Assembly: GCA_018062915.1 (NCBI GenBank)
Contig: JAGORH010000017.1
Coordinates: 108 to 64,107 of the forward strand
Origin: Kofleriaceae bacterium
GTDB lineage: Bacteria > Myxococcota_A > Polyangia > Haliangiales > Haliangiaceae
Direction of reading: 5' to 3'
Length of the DNA stretch: 64,000 nt
A model generated the notes under the pieces. It saw nothing but the letters and a program-made list of their open reading frames with translations. It was not told the origin of the DNA and searched no databases. Positions 1 to 11,147 of the stretch are shown piece after piece; within the stretch, counting starts at the first letter, position 1, and each line of letters begins with the position of its first letter. Made by a program: the position numbers and the translations under genes.

Positions 1-1127
<1,127 letters not shown>

Positions 1128-1368
1128 CTTCTCGACCCATGCGCCTATGCATGGCGTAGGCCGCCGGCCCAGGCCGCCGCGCGGCGCGGCCGCGCTCGCC
1201 CAGAGCTCCGACCGTCCACCGCGGCGGAGCGCCGGTCGCCGACCGTCCAGCCGATTGGACGCCTCGGCGCGCTCCGCGCTCAGCGCGCGCTCATCGCGCT
1301 CGTCGCGCTACTTCACCCTCGGCCTGCGCCGCCTCGACGTCGCCTGAGGCGCCGCCGCGGGCGCCGGG

Positions 1369-2838
1369 TCACCGCCGGCGGTGACGGCGCGCGAACTCCA
1401 GATCCTCTTGCTCGGCGGTCCGCTCGGTCGGGTCGAGGGCGAGCGCGCGGCTGGCGCTGACCCCGGCCCAGCGCCGCACGGTGTCGGCGGCGGCGTCGCG
1501 ATCGGCGGTGGTCAACGACGTGATCGACGAGCCGTGGTTGCCCTGCGGCGCGATGTACTTCCACGAGTCGACGGCGCGGCCGAGCTCGATCTGGCCGGCG
1601 GTCCACGGATCGTACTCGCCGTAGATGAACATCAAGCGCTCGCCGCTGGTCGACAGCCAGTCCTGGACGTCGTGCATGGCCGCACCGCCGTCGTAGGTCG
1701 GGGCCGGCACCGAGGCTGGCAGGTACGCGGCCGCGGTGTTCTGCCCGCCGAACCGCAGGCCCACCAGGTGGCTCTCGGCGCTGGTCGGGTAGCCGAGCTG
1801 CGACGCCGACTGGTGGTAGTACGGCAGGAACGCGGTCAGGTCGTCGTCGCCGTAGGCCGCGACGCTGATCGTGCCGTCGAAGAACGCGAACACCTCGTCG
1901 TCGCTCGCGGTGGCCCCCGGGATCGTCGCGCAGTCGTCCTGGCTGCCGTACTGCCAGAAGATGAACGGCAGCTCGAGGGTCGCGAACTCGAGGGCGCGAT
2001 CCTCACCGAGCAGCTCGGTGAAGCTGGCCTCCGCGCGCATCCGCGGCTTCATCGCCTCGCGCCGGGCCAGCACCAGGTTCTGGAAGTCCTTGAGCCGCTG
2101 CCGGCAGGCCGGATCGGTGCCGACCTGCTCGAGGAAGCGCAGGTAGCGATTGGTCGGCGACACGATCGCGTCCTCGGCGTAGTCGACCGGCGCGACGTAG
2201 GCGACGGTGGCGTCGACGTCGTCGGGGTAGAACCGGCGGTGGAACAGCGAGGTCATGCCGCCCTTGCTGGCGCCGGTGGTCAGCCACTTGCCTTGGTACA
2301 GGCGCTCCTGGAGCGTCGCGGTGATGCGGTGCTGGTCGCTGGCGGCTTGCCAGATGTCGAGCTTGCTCCAGTCGGTCGGCGACGGCCGCGACGGCAGGAA
2401 GTAGCGGTGCTCCATCGAGAGCTGGTTGCCGCCGACGATCGCCGTGACCTGGGAGCGGAACGGGCGGGTCGAGCCGAAGTAGCCGCTGTTGTAGACGACC
2501 ATCGGCGCGGCGTAGTCGCGATGGAGCAGCGACAGGCGCTGGGTGAAGCGTGGCCCGGCCGGGTCGCGGTGATCGACAGGCTGGTCGTAGGTCATCACGA
2601 AGAATCGGTGGCCGGGCAGCATCGCCGGGCGCTCGGTCACCGTGAGCCCGGGGATCGCGGCCAGCTCATCGGCGATGTCGCCCAGCGGCGCGATCGGTCC
2701 ATCGGGTGTGATCGGCCCGTCGGCGCCCACCGGCGCGTCAGGGTCCATCGCGTCCTGCTGGGCCGGCGATGGGCCGCCGCCGCTGCACGCGGCGCCGGCG
2801 AGGACGAGCAGGGCGGGAGCGAGCCAACGAGAGCGCAT
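1369..2838 (-). CDS. secreted alpha/beta-hydrolase-fold serine peptidase-like lipoprotein (S28/S37-like)
   Basis: Signal peptide with lipobox (LVLAGAAC) starting at internal Met. Nucleophile-elbow-like GASKGG motif. ~490 aa. Overlapping +ORF 1381..2886 rejected. Confidence 0.55.
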   Translation of the reverse strand: MRSRWLAPALLVLAGAACSGGGPSPAQQDAMDPDAPVGADGPITPDGPIAPLGDIADELAAIPGLTVTERPAMLPGHRFFVMTYDQPVDHRDPAGPRFTQRLSLLHRDYAAPMVVYNSGYFGSTRPFRSQVTAIVGGNQLSMEHRYFLPSRPSPTDWSKLDIWQAASDQHRITATLQERLYQGKWLTTGASKGGMTSLFHRRFYPDDVDATVAYVAPVDYAEDAIVSPTNRYLRFLEQVGTDPACRQRLKDFQNLVLARREAMKPRMRAEASFTELLGEDRALEFATLELPFIFWQYGSQDDCATIPGATASDDEVFAFFDGTISVAAYGDDDLTAFLPYYHQSASQLGYPTSAESHLVGLRFGGQNTAAAYLPASVPAPTYDGGAAMHDVQDWLSTSGERLMFIYGEYDPWTAGQIELGRAVDSWKYIAPQGNHGSSITSLTTADRDAAADTVRRWAGVSASRALALDPTERTAEQEDLEFARRHRRR

Positions 2839-2943
2839 GCCCTCGGGTATCACGCCGCGGCGAAGCGCCGCGCGCGCCCGCCCTGAGACGCCCTTACATG
2901 AGCGCGAGCCCGGGTTCGCGGCCGGGCCGGGCCGGGCCATATC

Positions 2944-3303
2944 TCAGAAGAGCAGCCACGGGCACGGGTACAGCGGGCACGGATCCGGCGGCGGGTACGA
3001 GTACGTGTAGTAGATCCAGCCGGTCTGGGCGTTGTAGGTGCAGCTCGTCACGTTGGCGCCGACGTGGTGGATCGCCGCGTGTTGGATCGCCTGGTTGAGC
3101 TGGCTCTGGTTGCACGCCGGCAGGCGCAGCGCTCCGCCGGGCGAGGTTTCGCCGTCGGCCGTGCCTTCGATCTGCGCGTCATCTTCGACCAGGGCTTGGG
3201 TCGTGTCGCCGGTGAGATCGTCGGGATCCTCGGCGCATCCGCCCAGCGGAGCGAGCAGGCACAGCGCGAGCACCCACGAACACGTCATCATGGTCTTCTT
3301 CAT
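2944..3303 (-). CDS. small secreted lipoprotein, hypothetical (candidate immunity protein)
   Basis: MKKTMMTCSWVLALCLLAPLGGC signal peptide plus lipobox. Cys/Tyr/Pro-rich C-terminus. Immediately downstream of the DUF4157 gene and lipoprotein 3432..3983. Confidence 0.7.
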   Translation of the reverse strand: MKKTMMTCSWVLALCLLAPLGGCAEDPDDLTGDTTQALVEDDAQIEGTADGETSPGGALRLPACNQSQLNQAIQHAAIHHVGANVTSCTYNAQTGWIYYTYSYPPPDPCPLYPCPWLLF

Positions 3304-3431
3304 CGGTAGGGAACCTCCGGGTTCACCCGCATCCTACGGCGCCGACCGTGCGGTCTGCCGTCGAGGCTGACTGCTGGCCGCGAGTATCTGGTCCACGACG
3401 CTCACCGCGTCGTTGGGCCGGGAGCGGGTCG

Positions 3432-3983
3432 CTACGGCGCGCGCCGATCGACGCGCAGCGTGACCACCTCGACCGACGCGCGGTCGACCTGATCGCGCGG
3501 CCCGGGCACCTCGAGGATCACCGCCAGATCGTGATCGCCGCCGGCGATCGCGCGGGGGAAGATCACCGGCCACGGCTCGCCGAGGTCGGTGGGCGGCCCG
3601 AGCTGGTACGCGCCGAAGCGGTCGCGCAGCGCGGCCACGGCGAGCGGCGTGGCCAGCTCGAGTCGCACCGTGTGCACCGTGCCGTCGGGCAGCGGCGCGA
3701 GGCGGAGGCGGCGGATCCCGGCCACCGACGGTTGGACGAAGGTCGCGCGCGAGCCGTCGGGCGCAGGGCCGGCGACGGGCGTGCCGAGGGCGGCGGCGAC
3801 GGTCGAGATCGGTGCGGTGCCGGTGATGGCGCGTGCGACGGTGGTGATCGGATCGGTCATGGCGGGGTCCTGGGAGGAAGGCGCGGGGGGCGGCGCGCTG
3901 GCCTCGCTGGCCGCGGGCGCGGCGGGCCCACCGGCCGAGCAGCCGGCGGCCACGAGCAAGGTCAACCAACGCGTGGTCATCAC
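3432..3983 (-). CDS. lipoprotein, hypothetical (candidate immunity protein)
   Basis: N-terminal LTLLVAAGCS lipobox signal. Gene abuts the stop of the DUF4157 gene (3980/3983). Confidence 0.65.
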   Translation of the reverse strand: MMTTRWLTLLVAAGCSAGGPAAPAASEASAPPPAPSSQDPAMTDPITTVARAITGTAPISTVAAALGTPVAGPAPDGSRATFVQPSVAGIRRLRLAPLPDGTVHTVRLELATPLAVAALRDRFGAYQLGPPTDLGEPWPVIFPRAIAGGDHDLAVILEVPGPRDQVDRASVEVVTLRVDRRAP

Positions 3984-6160
3984 GGGTTCAGGAACGCCTC
4001 GGTGGTCGAGTCGCCGACCTCGTGAGCGTCGGCCTCGTAGGGAATGGCGCGGTAGGCGAGGTAGTTGTTCTCGACGGTCTGGATCTGCTGGGTCAAGCGG
4101 TCGCGCGCTTCGCGTGCGTCGTTGACGGTCCCGGCGGTCAGGTTGCCGGCCAGCGCGATCCGCGCTTGCTGGGCGGCGGTGCGGCGGACGCCGAGCTCGG
4201 CGATCGCGGTCGAGACCGCCTGCGAGGTCGCGCCGTGGGCTGCGCCGTCGGCGCCGAAGGCCTGGTCCATCGTCTGGGCCTCGCCGGCGCGCGGATCCAT
4301 GGCGCCGAGGGGAGCCAACACCGCGGCCTGGGCGATCACCTGGGGGATGCCGGTGTCGGCGACGATCTGGTTGGCGTTCCGGCCCTGGCCCGCGAGGTAG
4401 CGGGCGCGCAGGAAGTGTTGCTCGGCGTGGCGCGACTCGTGCTGGGCGGTGTTGGCGAGCTCGGCGGCCTCGGCGTCAGTCGGGACACCGGTGGTCAGGC
4501 TGGCCTCGCGCTGGCGGTACTTCCACTCGCCTCGCGAGAACGACCCACGCGGCGTCATGGCCTCGACCGCGGTGTCGAGGTACTGCGGCACGCCGGCGGC
4601 CTGGAGCTCGTGGTTGGCCGCGTCGAAGATCGCGGCGCCGCGCTCGGGCACGGTCAGGTTGTTCCAGTTGGCCTGGAGCTGGCGCACCGCCGCGACCATG
4701 CGATCGATCGACGCGATCGCTCCCAGCCCGGCCAGATCGGGGATCGTGCCGTTGCGGCGCTCGACGTGACGGTTGCGGGCCGCCGCCGCCTGCTGCGGGT
4801 AGACCCGGGCGCGGATCACCTCCCACTCGCCGTCGGCGATCGCCTGGTCGAGCTCATTGAGGAGCTGCTGTTGCTGCTGCTGGGTCGGCGCGTTGCCGCG
4901 GTTGCAGCGCCGGAGCTCGAGGCCACCTCGGGCTCGCGGCGCCGCGGTGGCGTCGCGATCGCCGCCGTGGACCCGGGCCAGGATCGCGGCAGCGCCGGCG
5001 TCGGCATCGGTCTCCGCCAGAGCTTCGCCGGTGCGCTCGGCGGGCGAGCGCATGACCGCGGCGCCGGTCGCGCGCGCGTCGTCGACGCCGTCGTGCTCCG
5101 GGTGATCCTGCTGCGCGACGTGGGCCAGCTCGTGGGCGAACAGGGCGTCGCCCTCGACGGTGCCGGGCTGGTAGGCGCCGGCGGCGAAGGCGACGTGGCG
5201 ACCGACCGTCACGGCCAGGGCGCCTTCGCGCGCCGCGAGCTGGGCGGCCTCGGGCCCGGTGTGGACGGTCACGCCGCCGAGGGTCGCGCCCAGGGCGGCG
5301 CGCGCCGCATCGACCACCGCGCCGGTCGCGGCGACGCCGTCGCCTAGCATCGCGGTCGGGGAGGCCGCGGTGCGGGCTCGCTCGCGGGCCGCGGCGACGT
5401 AGGCCTCGGCGGTCGCGGCCGGCCCGAGCTGGCTGGCGAGCTGACGCTCGAGCTCGGCGGCAGAGCGGGTCTCGGCCCCCGCGAGCTGCGCCATCGCCGC
5501 GTTGCGGGCCTCGGCGCCGCGCTCCGGCGGCAGCGCCGCGAGCTCGGCCTCGACCGCGCCGCGCATCGCGGCGAGCAGCGCGCTGCGCGTCATCTGGCCC
5601 GGTCCGGGCGGGGCGCCGTCCTCGACGATTACCCCGCGCGGGCGCGCCCCGGCGACCGCCGCCGCCGCTACGTCGTCCGCCTCACGCTCGGCCGGGCTGT
5701 CGGCCGCGCCGACCTCGAGCTTCGCCATCGGCGCGGCGCTGGCGGCGCCCTGCTGCACGACGTGGGTCAGCTCGTGGGCCATGAGGCCGACGTCGCCCGC
5801 GGATTCGCCGGTGCCGAGGAAGACGTCGGCCCCGTAGGCGAAGGCGCGCGCGCCCATCGCGTCGGCCGACGCCCGCGACAGCTCGTCGGTGTGGACCCGG
5901 GTGCCGCCCAGATCGGCGCCGAGGTGAGACTCAGCGGTGGCGCGGACCGTGTCGGGGACCGGCGCGCCGGCACCCTTGCCGTCGACCGCCGCCTGGGCGA
6001 CGTCGCCGCGGGTCGGTGCGGCCGCGCCGCGACGCGCGAGCTGCGCGGTCAGGGTGCGCTTGCCGGCGGCGCTGCCGCGCTGGAGCTGGGCCGATGGCGC
6101 CGCTGGCCCACCGTCTCGCCGCGACCGAACGTCGTCCTTGCCGTCAGGTCCACCAGCCAT
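3980..6160 (-). CDS. tandem DUF4157 (zincin-like HExxH) domain protein with unknown C-terminal effector domain; putative toxin/effector
   Basis: Two DUF4157-type modules: 'RVHTDELSRASADAMGARAFAYGADVF...HELTHVVQQ' and a second '...HELAHVAQQ'. C-terminal ~400 aa is unique, with a Q-rich linker. True start is ATG at complement 6160; the long upstream SRSRSR extension is read-through of the hexamer repeat. No signal peptide. Confidence 0.75.
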   Translation of the reverse strand: MAGGPDGKDDVRSRRDGGPAAPSAQLQRGSAAGKRTLTAQLARRGAAAPTRGDVAQAAVDGKGAGAPVPDTVRATAESHLGADLGGTRVHTDELSRASADAMGARAFAYGADVFLGTGESAGDVGLMAHELTHVVQQGAASAAPMAKLEVGAADSPAEREADDVAAAAVAGARPRGVIVEDGAPPGPGQMTRSALLAAMRGAVEAELAALPPERGAEARNAAMAQLAGAETRSAAELERQLASQLGPAATAEAYVAAARERARTAASPTAMLGDGVAATGAVVDAARAALGATLGGVTVHTGPEAAQLAAREGALAVTVGRHVAFAAGAYQPGTVEGDALFAHELAHVAQQDHPEHDGVDDARATGAAVMRSPAERTGEALAETDADAGAAAILARVHGGDRDATAAPRARGGLELRRCNRGNAPTQQQQQQLLNELDQAIADGEWEVIRARVYPQQAAAARNRHVERRNGTIPDLAGLGAIASIDRMVAAVRQLQANWNNLTVPERGAAIFDAANHELQAAGVPQYLDTAVEAMTPRGSFSRGEWKYRQREASLTTGVPTDAEAAELANTAQHESRHAEQHFLRARYLAGQGRNANQIVADTGIPQVIAQAAVLAPLGAMDPRAGEAQTMDQAFGADGAAHGATSQAVSTAIAELGVRRTAAQQARIALAGNLTAGTVNDAREARDRLTQQIQTVENNYLAYRAIPYEADAHEVGDSTTEAFLNP

Positions 6161-6267
6161 GGCCTCACTCTGGCACTGCTCTCCCCGCGGCCACAAGCGC
6201 AAGCTTCGCGCCTTGTCCGCGAGTCGGACACCGCGGCCTTTGGTCTCACCCCGCTGGGGTGGCGTGG

Positions 6268-6448
<181 letters not shown>

Positions 6449-6450
6449 AT

Positions 6451-7593
6451 TCAGGGCAGCGTCGCGAACCAATCCAGGCACAACGGCCCGAGGTTGGCGT
6501 TGTAGGACGCGCAGTGCGGCGCGTCGGGCACGTGCTCGATCGCGCAGTCGCGATCCGGCGCCGCGTCGAGGAGCGCGCACAGATCGGTGAAGGGCTGCGC
6601 CGGCACCACGTCGCGCTCGCAGCGGTTGGCCAGGTCGTCGGCCCAGCGCCCACCCTCGGTGACCAGCTTCCAGTGCGGGACGGCGAAGCTGGCGGCGTCG
6701 ACCCCGACCGCGAAGGCGGACCCGTCGGGGCCGCGGGTGACGATCGAGTCGAAGTCGACGCAGTCGCCCTCGCCGCAGTCGCCGGGGTAGGGCAACCACG
6801 CGTGGTCCGGATCGCACGCGCACTGACCGCCCTCGCTGCCGCCGCAGGCATGGGCTGCGGTCGCGGTCGCGCGGGTGTAGGCGCTCGCCACTCGTCGGTG
6901 GCGGCCGGCGCAGCTCGGTCCGGTGCCAGCGCCGACGAAGGCGTCCTGGGCGCGCACGTCGACCACGCCGTCGCTCATGCAGACGCCGTTGCGGCCGGTG
7001 CCCAGCCAGGCGGCGTCGACCTGGTAGCGCGCCGCCACTACCGGATAGCGGGTCGCGCCCATGCTGCAGCCGCCGTGGAGCAGGTTGGCGCCCGACCACA
7101 CGCCGAGGTCGCCGCCCGGTCGCAGCCGCGCCAACGCCGCGCCGACCACCCGCTGATCGCGCTCCGGCGCACCCAGCGAGGTCGGCAAGATCTCCCCGGG
7201 GTAGAGCGGCTGCGCGCACAGCATCACCGTGCGCGGGTAGGCCGCCAAGAGCGCCGTCGTCGCGTCGGCCAGCGCCGGCGTGTCGCAGTCGAAGGCCGAC
7301 CAGTACAGGAAGACGTCGTCGCACGGCGCCGCTGCCGTGCAGACGTCGCCGCGGTAGCGCACCCGGTACTGGCACGCGCCGCACCGCGGATCCGTCGCCG
7401 CCGGCCCCTCGCAGCGCGCCGGCCACGCCTGGCAGTCGTCGAGGAAGATCGATCCGGTATCGACGATCGCGGCGGCGTCGAGCGCGGCGCCGTCGATCGC
7501 GTCACCGATCGTATCACCGGCGTCGAGGGCCGCGCCGCCGCCACCGCAGGCCATCGTCAAGAGCGCGCCCAGCGCCAAGCCATGTCGGAGCAT
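6451..7593 (-). CDS. Cys-rich secreted lipoprotein, hypothetical
   Basis: MLRHGLALGALLTMACGG lipobox signal at internal Met. Many Cys. Plus-ORFs 6016..8109 and 6587..6790 rejected. Confidence 0.65.
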   Translation of the reverse strand: MLRHGLALGALLTMACGGGGAALDAGDTIGDAIDGAALDAAAIVDTGSIFLDDCQAWPARCEGPAATDPRCGACQYRVRYRGDVCTAAAPCDDVFLYWSAFDCDTPALADATTALLAAYPRTVMLCAQPLYPGEILPTSLGAPERDQRVVGAALARLRPGGDLGVWSGANLLHGGCSMGATRYPVVAARYQVDAAWLGTGRNGVCMSDGVVDVRAQDAFVGAGTGPSCAGRHRRVASAYTRATATAAHACGGSEGGQCACDPDHAWLPYPGDCGEGDCVDFDSIVTRGPDGSAFAVGVDAASFAVPHWKLVTEGGRWADDLANRCERDVVPAQPFTDLCALLDAAPDRDCAIEHVPDAPHCASYNANLGPLCLDWFATLP

Positions 7594-7646
7594 CGCCGCA
7601 ACGACCCGCGGGCGCCGCCCGAAGTTAGGCCCCACGAAGGAACAAC

Positions 7647-10600
7647 TCAGCCGACCTCGCGGCGGATGCCCCCGGCTGAAGTGCCAACGCGCCCGCGCCG
7701 TCGCAGCACCACAGCCAGGACGATCGCCGCGAGCCCGGTCAACGGCTCGCCACCGCCGCCGCTGCTACAGCAGCCGCTCGCGGGTGCGTCGCCGCCGTCG
7801 CCTTGGGCATCCATGCCGCCGGCCCCGCCGTCGATGCCACCGTCGCTGCTCGTCTCGATCTCACACGTCGCGCTGCACCCGTCGCCCGAAATCACGTCGC
7901 CGTCGTCGCAGGCCTCGACGCCGATCTGCGTCACCCCGTCACCGCACCGCGCCCGCAGGCACGCAGAGCGGCATTCGTCAGCGTCATCCTGGTCCCCATC
8001 GTCGCATTCCTCTCCAGCCTGCACGGCGCCGTCGCCACATCGTGCGAGTTGGCAGGTGTTGCGGCACGCGTCGGCGTCATCGGTGTTGGCATCGTCACAT
8101 TGTTCGTAGCCGGCCCGGACGTAACCGTCGCCGCACCGCGCCTCGGCGCAATCGACGCAGCCATCCGTGCTCACCAGGTTGCCGTCGTCGCAGCTCTCGA
8201 CCCCCTGGTAGGTCAGTCCATCGCCGCAGCGCGCCGGCTGGCAAATGGTCGTGCAGCCATCGGTCGCGATTGTGTTGCCGTCATCGCAGGTCTCGACTCC
8301 GGCCCAGATCTGACCGTCGCCACAGCGCGCGGTCATGCAGTTGCCGCGACATGCGTCCGTCTCGATGGCGTTGCCGTCATCGCACTGTTCCCCGAGCTGG
8401 ACGCGCGCATCACCGCACGTTCCAGGTACGCAGGTGTTGCTACACGCGTCGAGGTCGAAGCCGTTGCCATCGTCACATGGCTCAACCCCGACCTGGACGA
8501 AGCCGTCGCCACACCGCGCGTGGCGGCATGCGCCGACACAGGAGTCGTCGTCCTCGCTATTGCCGTCGTCGCACTGCTCGACCGTTGGGCGCAGGATCCC
8601 GTCGCCGCAGCGGGCGATCTGGCAGCTCGCGGTACAGGCGTCGCTGTCGATCGTGTTGCCATCGTCGCAGGCCTCTATCCCGGCTTGGATGTGGCCATCG
8701 CCACAGGTCGCGAGGCGACACTGCGCGCAGCCATCGCTGTCGATCGCATTGCCGTCGTCGCAGACCTCGCTCCCCTCGTGGACGACGCCATCGCCGCACC
8801 GCGCAACCTGGCAGGTGTCCGTGCAGGCGTCGGTGGCGATGGTGTTGCCGTCGTCGCATTGCTCGACCCCAGGCGTGACGAAGGTGTCGCCGCAGCCAGC
8901 CGGCTCGCAGGTGGTGAGACAACCATCGAGGTTGGACCGGTTCCCGTCGTCACATCGTTCGCCGGGGTCGACGACGCCGTTGCCGCATGGCAGCTCATCG
9001 CCGGTACACGTCTGGTCGCAGCGACCGGGCTCGCCGTTGCTCGTCCCGTCGTCGCACAGCTCGCCAGCATCGAGCTCCCCATCGCCGCAGTTCGCGGTGC
9101 GCGCGAACTCGTAGGCCCCGAGGTCGTAGCGCGGACCACCGCTACCGTCGCCATCGAGCGGACGGGGCCGCCCATCGAAGTCGACCTCGGGCGCATCACG
9201 CTCGGTGCCCTGGTCGATGCAGGGGCTCGTGGCGCCAAGTCGCGGGTTGTTGCTGGCCACATACTGCGGATCGAGCGCCAAGTTGTTGGCCAGGGTCACC
9301 GTGCCCGAGACGTTCACTGCGTTGCCCCACAGGTTCGAAAAGGTGAGCGATGCCGCGACGGTGCCGGAGCGACGGACTCCCGTCCCGCCGTGGCCAGTGA
9401 TGATCGTGTTCTGAATCGCCATCGTGCCGGCGCCGATCGCGTCCACACCTCGACTTCCGTTGTCGTGGAGCGTGCAGTTGGTGATCCGTAGGCTCGCCTC
9501 AGCCGCGGCAGCGTTGAACACGACGCCTGTCGTCGTGTTCTCGCGCAGCAGGCAGTTCACGAGGCGGGTCATGCCATGGCCGGTCACGTCAACCGCGGTG
9601 CCGTTGCGGGTAGCCACCAGGCCGTGGAACTCGACGTTGCCGAGGCTGGCCGCCCGCAGCCCGAGGTCGTTGTTCGTGACCGTGAGGTGGCGGAGTGGAG
9701 GTTGTGCGCCAAGCACCGTTACGCCGACCGCCGCGTTCGAGACCGTGAGGTGGGCGAGGTCGTGGGGGCCGGCGCTGAGGAACAACCCGGTCCAGCGTCC
9801 AAAGTCGTCGTTCCTTGCCAGTGTGATCGGTCGAAGCTCGTCGCCGTGCGCTATCAGACGCCCGCGCACGGCGATCTCGACACGCTGTGGTTCGCTGCCC
9901 GCGCCCATCGCGTCGGAGAATGCCATGCGCAGCGAGGCGCCCGGTTCGAGCGTCAGGGTGACACCGGGCGCGACGGTCAAGTCACCCGCTACGAGCTGGG
10001 CGCCGCTCGCCGCGCGCACGGTCGTGTCGGACCACAGGGTCCCGAGGAGGCCCGGCGTCGGCTCGCCGATGTAGGGCCGGCCACCCTGATCACCGCCACC
10101 TTGAGCGCCGAAGCGTGAAGGCGAGTTCGACGTCAGATGGAGGGTACTTGAGAGGAGTGGGTTGGCGCTGATGTTCGGCGGAGGGATCAGAGGCGGCTCA
10201 AGCGAGCCGGGAGGGCTCCAGATGTTGGAGTGAGTGACCTGAGACAGACTTACGCCTGTTAGGTTTGCCGAGACGCTGTTTGCGACGATCGAGTTGCTGA
10301 TGGCAACACTGTGGGTGCCGCCGACAACGATTCCATTCTGGTTTCGCACGATGGTCGTCTGGTCGACGCGCAACGTCCGCGGGCCGATCGGCTGGAAGGC
10401 AAGGCCGGTGTTCGCTTGTGACACCACAGAGTTCAGGAGCGTGAGGGACCCTCGCTGAATCACCCCGACGCCGGTCCCTCCACCTTGGATCGACACGCTG
10501 TCGAGGGTATGGTTGCCGCCTTCGATCTGTACGCCAACACCCGCGCCCGTGATCGCGACGTGCCGCACGGTAACCGGGGCACCGCCGAGGAGGACGAGCC

Positions 10601-10988
10601 CCTTGGAGGCGCGTTCGATGACGACCTGTTCGAGGTGGGCGGCGGTCGCGTCGGCATCGACGACGATCGCGAAACCAGGACCCACGTTGCCCGAGGTGGG
10701 CCGAAAGGTGACAGGGGACGCGCTGGTCCCCGTCGCGGCCAAGGTGCCTGCGACGCGCAGTTCGTAGTTCACCCCCAGTGGGGCCGATGCGAACTCGACG
10801 ATCGTTCCAGCTTCGATGCGCAACGTCGCGCCGGCCGCCACGGTGACCGAGCCTTGGAGGACGTACGGGTTTCCGGCGGGCGTCCAGGTCTCATCCGTGA
10901 TCGTGCCCGCCGGCACGATCGTCGCAGATGCGCTGCCGCGCAACACCATCAGCAGCCCGAGCACGACCCAAGCACATCGCTTCCACAT
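7647..10988 (-). CDS. large secreted right-handed beta-helix protein with ~15 Myxococcus cysteine-rich repeats and MYXO-CTERM sorting tail
   Basis: Signal peptide MWKRCAWVVLGLLMVLRGSASA. Parallel beta-helix-like N-terminal half. Repeated 'C(x)DDGN...D.C...C...ARCGDG' modules (TIGR02232-type). C-terminal GCCSSGGGGEPLTGLAAIVLAVVLRRRGR, i.e. GC motif + TM + Arg (MYXO-CTERM). Confidence 0.85.
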   Translation of the reverse strand: MWKRCAWVVLGLLMVLRGSASATIVPAGTITDETWTPAGNPYVLQGSVTVAAGATLRIEAGTIVEFASAPLGVNYELRVAGTLAATGTSASPVTFRPTSGNVGPGFAIVVDADATAAHLEQVVIERASKGLVLLGGAPVTVRHVAITGAGVGVQIEGGNHTLDSVSIQGGGTGVGVIQRGSLTLLNSVVSQANTGLAFQPIGPRTLRVDQTTIVRNQNGIVVGGTHSVAISNSIVANSVSANLTGVSLSQVTHSNIWSPPGSLEPPLIPPPNISANPLLSSTLHLTSNSPSRFGAQGGGDQGGRPYIGEPTPGLLGTLWSDTTVRAASGAQLVAGDLTVAPGVTLTLEPGASLRMAFSDAMGAGSEPQRVEIAVRGRLIAHGDELRPITLARNDDFGRWTGLFLSAGPHDLAHLTVSNAAVGVTVLGAQPPLRHLTVTNNDLGLRAASLGNVEFHGLVATRNGTAVDVTGHGMTRLVNCLLRENTTTGVVFNAAAAEASLRITNCTLHDNGSRGVDAIGAGTMAIQNTIITGHGGTGVRRSGTVAASLTFSNLWGNAVNVSGTVTLANNLALDPQYVASNNPRLGATSPCIDQGTERDAPEVDFDGRPRPLDGDGSGGPRYDLGAYEFARTANCGDGELDAGELCDDGTSNGEPGRCDQTCTGDELPCGNGVVDPGERCDDGNRSNLDGCLTTCEPAGCGDTFVTPGVEQCDDGNTIATDACTDTCQVARCGDGVVHEGSEVCDDGNAIDSDGCAQCRLATCGDGHIQAGIEACDDGNTIDSDACTASCQIARCGDGILRPTVEQCDDGNSEDDDSCVGACRHARCGDGFVQVGVEPCDDGNGFDLDACSNTCVPGTCGDARVQLGEQCDDGNAIETDACRGNCMTARCGDGQIWAGVETCDDGNTIATDGCTTICQPARCGDGLTYQGVESCDDGNLVSTDGCVDCAEARCGDGYVRAGYEQCDDANTDDADACRNTCQLARCGDGAVQAGEECDDGDQDDADECRSACLRARCGDGVTQIGVEACDDGDVISGDGCSATCEIETSSDGGIDGGAGGMDAQGDGGDAPASGCCSSGGGGEPLTGLAAIVLAVVLRRRGRVGTSAGGIRREVG

Positions 10989-11147
10989 CGCATCACTCCT
11001 TCGCTGCCGCCAACCCACGTGACGGCTCGGGTAGAGGATGCCTCCGCGGTAACGCCGTGTCTAGACCCGTGCTGGTCGCACCCACGGGGCGTCGCGTCAC
11101 CTGAACAGGGTGATGACCTCGACGCCCAGGTGTCCGCGCCTTAACCC

